6,353 nt of DNA. It comes from Salpingoeca rosetta. Taxonomy: Eukaryota; Protista; Choanoflagellata. The translations under genes were made by a program, and so were the position numbers. Shown here piece after piece: positions 1 through 6,353 of this stretch. The notes beneath the pieces are model-generated. The model was not told where the DNA came from. It did not search any database and saw nothing but the letters and a program-made list of their open reading frames with translations. The stretch is from the NCBI GenBank assembly GCA_033442325.1, contig JAWQFM010000017.1:305873-312225 (forward strand), given 5' to 3'. Each line of letters starts with the position of its first letter. The first letter of the stretch is position 1.

Positions 1-147
1 GTCAAGAAGCTAGTTGTCATGAAGTCTTGCCAATGGATGTGTTGGACGTTAAGGCGGAAGATGACCACAAAGGCAGCCACGATCGCGAACAAGGGGGCAA
101 ACAGAAAACAAGACATGGGCTGATGAGATGACGCAAGCACCGTGACC

Positions 148-296
148 CTAGCTCGAACCTGATGTAGCTGCGGTCGAGGGTCTGCGGTTTGCTAACACCA
201 ACAACGACCATCACTTCCTTGCTCATCCACCGGGTGTGATTGCGGCCCAGCTTCTCGTTATGGCGCGGTGCTGGTTGCGTGAGAGAGAGAGAGAGA

Positions 297-327
<31 letters not shown>

Positions 328-697
328 AGAGAGAGAGTGTGTGTGTGTGTGTGTGCGTGAGAGAGAGAGTGTGTGTGTGTGTGTTCATGTTTGTATGTGT
401 GTGCGCGACGTGTGGTGGCGAGTCTATCAACCACAACCTCTGTGCAGGTGGGTGTAACACTTGTGCGGTTGGTTTTTGCGGAACGAACCTCTGTGGTCTG
501 CGCTGTCGGGCTCAGCGGCGTTTCCGCCTCAGCATTAGTGGGGCGAAGTGCGCGCGCTGCTGCCGTTGACGTTGCTGTCTCGCTGCAACAGTTTTTTTCG
601 CGTACACACACGTCCTGCGGTTGTTGGTGATGCCTTCTTCTAATACATAGCCCGCGCCGTGCTTCCCTCGGGCGAGGGTGTGCATGCTGGCTGTAAA
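148..697 (-). pseudogene. Probable further exons of the zinc-finger gene (from 697: FTASMHTLARGKHGAGYVLEEGITNNRRTCVYAKK; from ~270: [26 protein letters not shown]...), frame continuity broken
   Basis: Acceptors aacag|TTT (698/697) and aaccag|CA (~271/270), a donor-like GAG|gttcgt near 488, and a (CA)/(CT) intron between them. No single stop-free spliced path was found. Confidence 0.3.
279..383. repeat. Compound (GA)n(GT)n microsatellite, three higher-order blocks
   Basis: gcgt(ga)n(gt)n occurs three times. Confidence 0.95.
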
Positions 698-746
698 CTG
701 TTCGAATCAAACCATGCACACGTGCACAGAGACACAGAAGGAGTGA

Positions 747-1198
747 NNNNNNNNNNNNNNNNNNNNNNNNNNNNNNNNNNNNNNNNNNNNNNNNNNNNNN
801 NNNNNNNNNNNNNNNNNNNNNNNNNNNNNNNNNNNNNNNNNNNNNNNNNNNNNNNNNNNNNNNNNNNNNNNNNNNNNNNNNNNNNNNNNNNNNNNNNNNN
901 NNNNNNNNNNNNNNNNNNNNNNNNNNNNNNNNNNNNNNNNNNNNNNNNNNNNNNNNNNNNNNNNNNNNNNNNNNNNNNNNNNNNNNNNNNNNNNNNNNNN
1001 NNNNNNNNNNNNNNNNNNNNNNNNNNNNNNNNNNNNNNNNNNNNNNNNNNNNNNNNNNNNNNNNNNNNNNNNNNNNNNNNNNNNNNNNNNNNNNNNNNNN
1101 NNNNNNNNNNNNNNNNNNNNNNNNNNNNNNNNNNNNNNNNNNNNNNNNNNNNNNNNNNNNNNNNNNNNNNNNNNNNNNNNNNNNNNNNNNNNNNNNNN
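747..1198. other. Assembly gap (452 N)
   Basis: N run. Confidence 1.
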
Positions 1199-1229
1199 TT
1201 CAGGGTTCTGAAATGGCGCATATCCACCA
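1199..1229 (-). CDS. Start of next exon (VVDMRHFRTL...), truncated by N gap
   Basis: Acceptor tgtcag|TG after a 144-nt intron (1230-1373), phase 1, in frame with finger 2. Confidence 0.5.
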
Positions 1230-1373
1230 CTGACACAAGCACAGCGATGGGCGTGAATGAATGGGAGGGGTGCATCGGATGCGCATGTATGTGGCCCGAC
1301 ACACACAAGCACACAGAAACCAGGGTGACATGAACGAGAACACGAGAGCAGTCAAAGGCGGCAAAGGACGCAC

Positions 1374-1479
1374 CCGTTTCATGGTATGAAGGATGGTTGC
1401 TTTGGATATGTGCCACAAGCTGTGCGCAGCTCGGAAACCCGCCACAGTCACAGTTCACGCAAACAAACGTGTCCCTCGT
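1374..1479 (-). CDS. Exon encoding C2H2 zinc finger 2 (TRDTFVCVNCDCGGFPSCAQLVAHIQSNHPSYHET)
   Basis: Acceptor aacag|ACG, phase 0 matching the upstream donor (139-nt intron 1480-1618). F-x-C-x2-C...F-x5-L-x2-H-x4-H signature; donor G|gtgcgt at 1374/1373. Confidence 0.8.
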
Positions 1480-1618
1480 CTGTTGTGAACAGCATATGCA
1501 ACGCAACATGCAAAGGAGTGCCAGTTGTGAGCACAACAAGGTTGTGTGACTGTGCCAGCAGAGGCAGCGCCAACATAAAACAGGCATTGGGGGGACAGAG
1601 GCAAGCGCGGGCAAGTAC

Positions 1619-1740
1619 CTTGTACTCGTCTTCATGCGCCTTTGACTTTCGAATGTGATCCTTGAGGTGTCGAACAGACCTGCACGTCTTGTTGCACTTC
1701 TCGCAGCGGTGAGGACCAGAACCACTACCAACGTTGACAA
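1619..1740 (-). CDS. Exon encoding C2H2-type zinc finger 1 (HRCEKCNKTCRSVRHLKDHIRKSKAH)
   Basis: C-x2-C-x12-H-x6-H with conserved Leu; strong donor AAG|gtactt at 1619/1618. The 5' boundary is unresolved. Confidence 0.7.
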
Positions 1741-1778
1741 CTTGCACCAAGGCCAGAAGTCAAACATGTGAAGCACAC

Positions 1779-1943
1779 CTGTGTGACCTTGATGTGGTCG
1801 ATCAAGTGCACTGCATCCAACAGTTGTTTGCGGGTGATTCGATCATCTCCATCCGGGTTCACGGCCAACCACGCCACCTCAATCCCAGCCGCACCATCCC
1901 CACCATCCCCACCAGCTCTCCTCGTCCTCCTCGTCTTGCCCAT
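1779..1943 (-). CDS. Possible first exon of the zinc-finger gene (MGKTRRTRRAGGDGG...RKQLLDAVHLIDHIKVTQ)
   Basis: ATG in ACAAATGG context, protein-like open frame, donor-like CAG|gtgtgc. I could not find a clean in-phase junction to the finger-1 exon. Confidence 0.35.
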
Positions 1944-2145
1944 TTGTGCTGCTCTTTGGTTTGTTGGCTGTCCGTTGCCAGGGTGCGTCTGCATTCCCGG
2001 TGGCCCACATTCGGCTGTAATTGCACCTGCAATTGGCAAATCAGCTCCTTTCCCAGTCGGCCACACCGCAAAACAACCAAAGCCCAAAGTGTCTGAGCAG
2101 ACACCTCTAACTCATGTAAACCAACCAACAACCCGGCCAGACGGA

Positions 2146-2216
2146 GACAGAGAGAAAGAGAGAGGGAGAGAGAGAGAGAGAGAAAGTATGCGTCCGTGTG
2201 TGTGTGCGTGTGCGTG
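2146..2216. repeat. (GA)n and (GT)n microsatellite tract
   Basis: Directly visible; same polarity as the intronic tracts elsewhere in the window. Confidence 0.9.
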
Positions 2217-2342
2217 ACTTAATAGGGCCCTGTTAACCGCCTGTGCGGGTTTTATTTGGTGTGACATTCCCTGCACGAGATCTTCTATATTGCTATTCAA
2301 CCACATCAACAACCATGTCTCGAACTACAAAGACGCGTGCAT

Positions 2343-3494
2343 CCTCAGACTAACACAGGATGCGCCCCACACGCGCAGGTCCCTCCTAGTGTCATTCATA
2401 TGCAGCAGAACACGTCACAGTGAGCAGGGTGTAACCGCAAACACACCACACACGCACCACCCCATATGGCGCACCATGTGCAAGCGCGCGTGCACCCCGG
2501 TGTGGCGGTCCAACACGAAAACTGGCAAAACTACGCACCTCAAACTAACACAGGATGCGCCCCACACGCGCAGGTCCCTCCTAGTGTCATTCATATGCAG
2601 CAGAACACGTCACAGTGAGCAGGGTGTAACCGCAAACACACCACACACGCACCACCCCATAATGGCGCAACCATGTGCAAGCATGCGTGCACCCCGGTGT
2701 GGGCAGGTCCAACACGAAAACTGGCAAAACTACGCACCTCAAACTAACACAGGATGCGCCCCACACACGTAGGTCCCTCCTAGTGTCATTCATATGCAGC
2801 AGAACACGTCACAGTGAGCGGGGTGTAACCGCAAACACACCACACACGCACCACCCCATATGGCGCACCATGTGCAAGCGCGCGTGCACCCCGGTGTGGG
2901 CGGTCCAACACCAAAACTGGCAAAACTACGCACCTCAAACTAACACAGGATGCGCCCCACACACGCTAGGTCCCTCCTAGTGTCATTCATATGCAGCAGA
3001 ACACGTCACAGTGAGCGGGGTGTAACCCGCAAACACACNNNNNNNNNNNNNNNNNNNNNNNNNNNNNNNNNNNNNNNNNNNNNNNNNNNNNNNNNNNNNN
3101 NNNNNNNNNNNNNNNNNNNNNNNNNNNNNNNNNNNNNNNNNNNNNNNNNNNNNNNNNNNNNNNNNNNNNNNNNNNNNNNNNNNNNNNNNNNNNNNNNNNN
3201 NNNNNNNNNNNNNNNNNNNNNNNNNNNNNNNNNNNNNNNNNNNNNNNNNNNNNNNNNNNNCCCATATGGGCGCACCATGTAGAGAAGCATGGGGGACCCC
3301 CGTGTTGGGCGCGGTCCCAACAGGAAAAAGTGGAAAAACTCCCCCTCTCAAAATTAACCCGGGGATGCGCCCCCACCCGGGGAAAGGTCCCTCCTTAGTG
3401 GTTATTTATTTTCAGCAGAACACGTCCCAGTGGACCGGGGGGTAACCGCAAACACCACCAAACACGCACCCACCCCATATGGCGCCCCGTGTGC
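2343..3494. repeat. ~196-bp tandem repeat array: 3 full copies, 1 partial copy, a 222-N gap, then about 1.2 noisy copies
   Basis: Unit starts at 2343, 2538, 2737 and 2933 (periods 195, 199, 196), near-identical. 3261-3494 aligns to the same unit with many homopolymer-type differences. True copy number is hidden by the gap. Confidence 0.97.
3039..3260. other. Assembly gap (222 N) inside the tandem array
   Basis: N run. Confidence 1.
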
Positions 3495-3595
3495 GCAGTT
3501 CTTACAGGAGGTCTTGACGAACAATTGGAGATGTCCTCCTACGCTGTGATGAGCCTGGTCAGCTTTGCTTGGCTGAAAGGACTGGGGCAGATCGC
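3471..3595 (-). CDS. Exon with CxxC motif (RDLPQSFQPSKADQAHHSVGGHLQLFVKTSCKNCAHGAPYGV), running into the tandem array
   Basis: Acceptor gtgcag|GC at 3596/3595, in phase with the upstream donor at 3784; open frame. Not listed in the ORF track. Confidence 0.45.
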
Positions 3596-3779
3596 CTGCA
3601 CAACCCGGTGGCCAGTGGTGTTATGTGAGGGTCGTGCATGAGCAGAGAAACAACGCATCGGCCCGACACTGGCATCAGCATGCACGCCCACGGGGAAAGT
3701 GAACGAACAAACAAGCAAGCAAGCAAAAATACATAGAAACAAACACACATATGCATACACACACAGGAGCGCATGTTCA

Positions 3780-4623
<844 letters not shown>

Positions 4624-4672
4624 CTTGCACTTGAGGTTGCGAGTGACAAGCGGAAGAAGCAACGTCAGGACA

Positions 4673-4676
4673 TGTG

Positions 4677-4717
<41 letters not shown>

Positions 4718-4747
4718 GCGTGTGTGTGTGTGTGTGTGGGGGGGGGG
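4673..4747. repeat. Intronic (TG)n microsatellite plus G-run
   Basis: Directly visible; lies between donor 4750 and acceptor 4624. Confidence 0.95.
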
Positions 4748-4750
4748 TAC

Positions 4751-4798
4751 CTGCGGGCTCCGCGTCATTTGACTCCGACTTCGGTTGCCACGCATCAT
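4751..4798 (-). CDS. 48-nt internal exon ([17 protein letters not shown])
   Basis: Acceptor atacag|AT and donor CAG|gtaccc, followed by a (CA)n intron; phase 1-1 and in frame with neighbouring exons. Confidence 0.55.
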
Positions 4799-4860
4799 CT
4801 GTATGTATGCAGAATGTACGGTCGCCGATGAGATTGTTGGTTGGTGTGTCTTGCACGTCA

Positions 4861-5583
<723 letters not shown>

Positions 5584-5721
5584 NNNNNNNNNNNNNNNNN
5601 NNNNNNNNNNNNNNNNNNNNNNNNNNNNNNNNNNNNNNNNNNNNNNNNNNNNNNNNNNNNNNNNNNNNNNNNNNNNNNNNNNNNNNNNNNNNNNNNNNNN
5701 NNNNNNNNNNNNNNNNNNNNN
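5584..5721. other. Assembly gap (138 N)
   Basis: N run. Confidence 1.
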
Positions 5722-5962
5722 CCTTGTCAGGGAATGACACTGTGAACGACAAGTCACTGGTGCGATCAACACTTGGACCCGCTTGCTTAGCGATGCTGAG
5801 TGCCGATGACGCGCAGCGTTGTGCCTTCGTAACCACTCCATTGACTTGAGCGTGTAGAACCTTCTGTCTTTGCTCCTCCGCGAATGAGAGCAAGCGGCGC
5901 AGCAGGTAGTCAGCACGCCCCGATTTCCTGTCAAGGTGTTCCTTGAGAACGCGGTGAAAGGA
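5722..5962 (-). CDS. Exon encoding a Mutator/MULE-like transposase C-terminal motif region ([34 protein letters not shown]...[12 protein letters not shown]); runs into N gap
   Basis: Candidate acceptor ggcgcag|TCC at 5963/5962. The translation matches the pattern after the catalytic Glu of MULE transposases (TNNxxESxHxxLK...RxDxL). The final 'FTVS' strand resembles the lead-in to a SWIM finger, which would fall in the gap 5584-5721. Motif recognised by eye. Confidence 0.6.
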
Positions 5963-6074
5963 CTGCGCCCATCGGAGCACAATGATTAAACAACCAGGCA
6001 TGTGCCACGAGGTAACGGACAGCGAAGAGCACGTAAGGGTGTGGTTCTTCAGGTGAATGCGTGCATATCTCTGG

Positions 6075-6091
6075 GTGCGTGTGTGTGTGCG

Positions 6092-6169
<78 letters not shown>

Positions 6170-6237
6170 TGTCTGAAAGACCTGTATCGTGTTGTGTGTG
6201 TGTGTGTGTGTGAGTGTGAGAGTGTATGAATGTGTGA
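6075..6237. repeat. Long (GT)n microsatellite, two blocks
   Basis: Directly visible. Confidence 0.95.
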
Positions 6238-6353
6238 GTATAGTAGTTCGCACTGTGATTTATCACAGGCGCCGAGACGAGTGAGGTCTCATGAAGATAA
6301 AGACACTTTTATCAGTTTTCACTTCACTTGTGCATCTACTAGACATAGTGTTC

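Noticed and set aside
240-630. Cys/Val-rich or His/Thr-rich ORFs (also 4529-4877, 5274-5551, 6002-6229)
   Set aside because: Translations of (GT)n/(CA)n microsatellites, not metal-binding proteins.
640-1333. Long ORFs spanning N gaps (378, 224, 201 aa; likewise at 2950-3376 and 5434-6253)
   Set aside because: Length is inflated by Ns; only the exon-sized parts listed as features are supported.
2290-3282. Plus-strand ORFs through the tandem array (160, 101, 110 aa)
   Set aside because: By-products of a stop-poor repeat frame; they shift frame between copies and show no domain or splice support.
3261-3480. Apparently diverged, older repeat copy
   Set aside because: Differences are mostly homopolymer expansions that are densest next to the gap, typical of a low-quality read end.
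2343-3494. CRISPR-like repeat/spacer array
   Set aside because: Units are near-identical along their whole length with no unique spacers; the context is eukaryotic and has no cas-like ORFs.

Overview
Eukaryotic, intron-rich draft sequence with three N gaps (747-1198, 3039-3260, 5584-5721). The (CA)n/(CT)n-filled introns, GTGCGT/GTACGT-type donors and CAA-encoded polyQ resemble the choanoflagellate Salpingoeca rosetta; this is an inference from sequence style only. All credible coding signal is on the minus strand. Reading right to left: (1) a spliced gene or pseudogene whose first clear exon carries a Mutator/MULE-like C-terminal motif (SFHRVLK...RADYLL) with no visible catalytic Glu, followed by a helical/basic tail, a long polyQ tract with two apparent +1 frameshifts, and a Cys cluster resembling CxC domains of KDZ-type transposases; (2) a ~196-bp tandem array (2343 to ~3494) that begins inside that Cys-cluster exon and carries a candidate GT-AG intron in each unit; (3) a second spliced gene or segment with two C2H2 zinc fingers followed by a motif resembling a MULE N-terminus. 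The best overall reading is a decaying or rearranged composite DNA-transposon locus. Family assignments come from motif recognition by eye and need profile searches. Most ORFs in the supplied track are microsatellite or gap artefacts.
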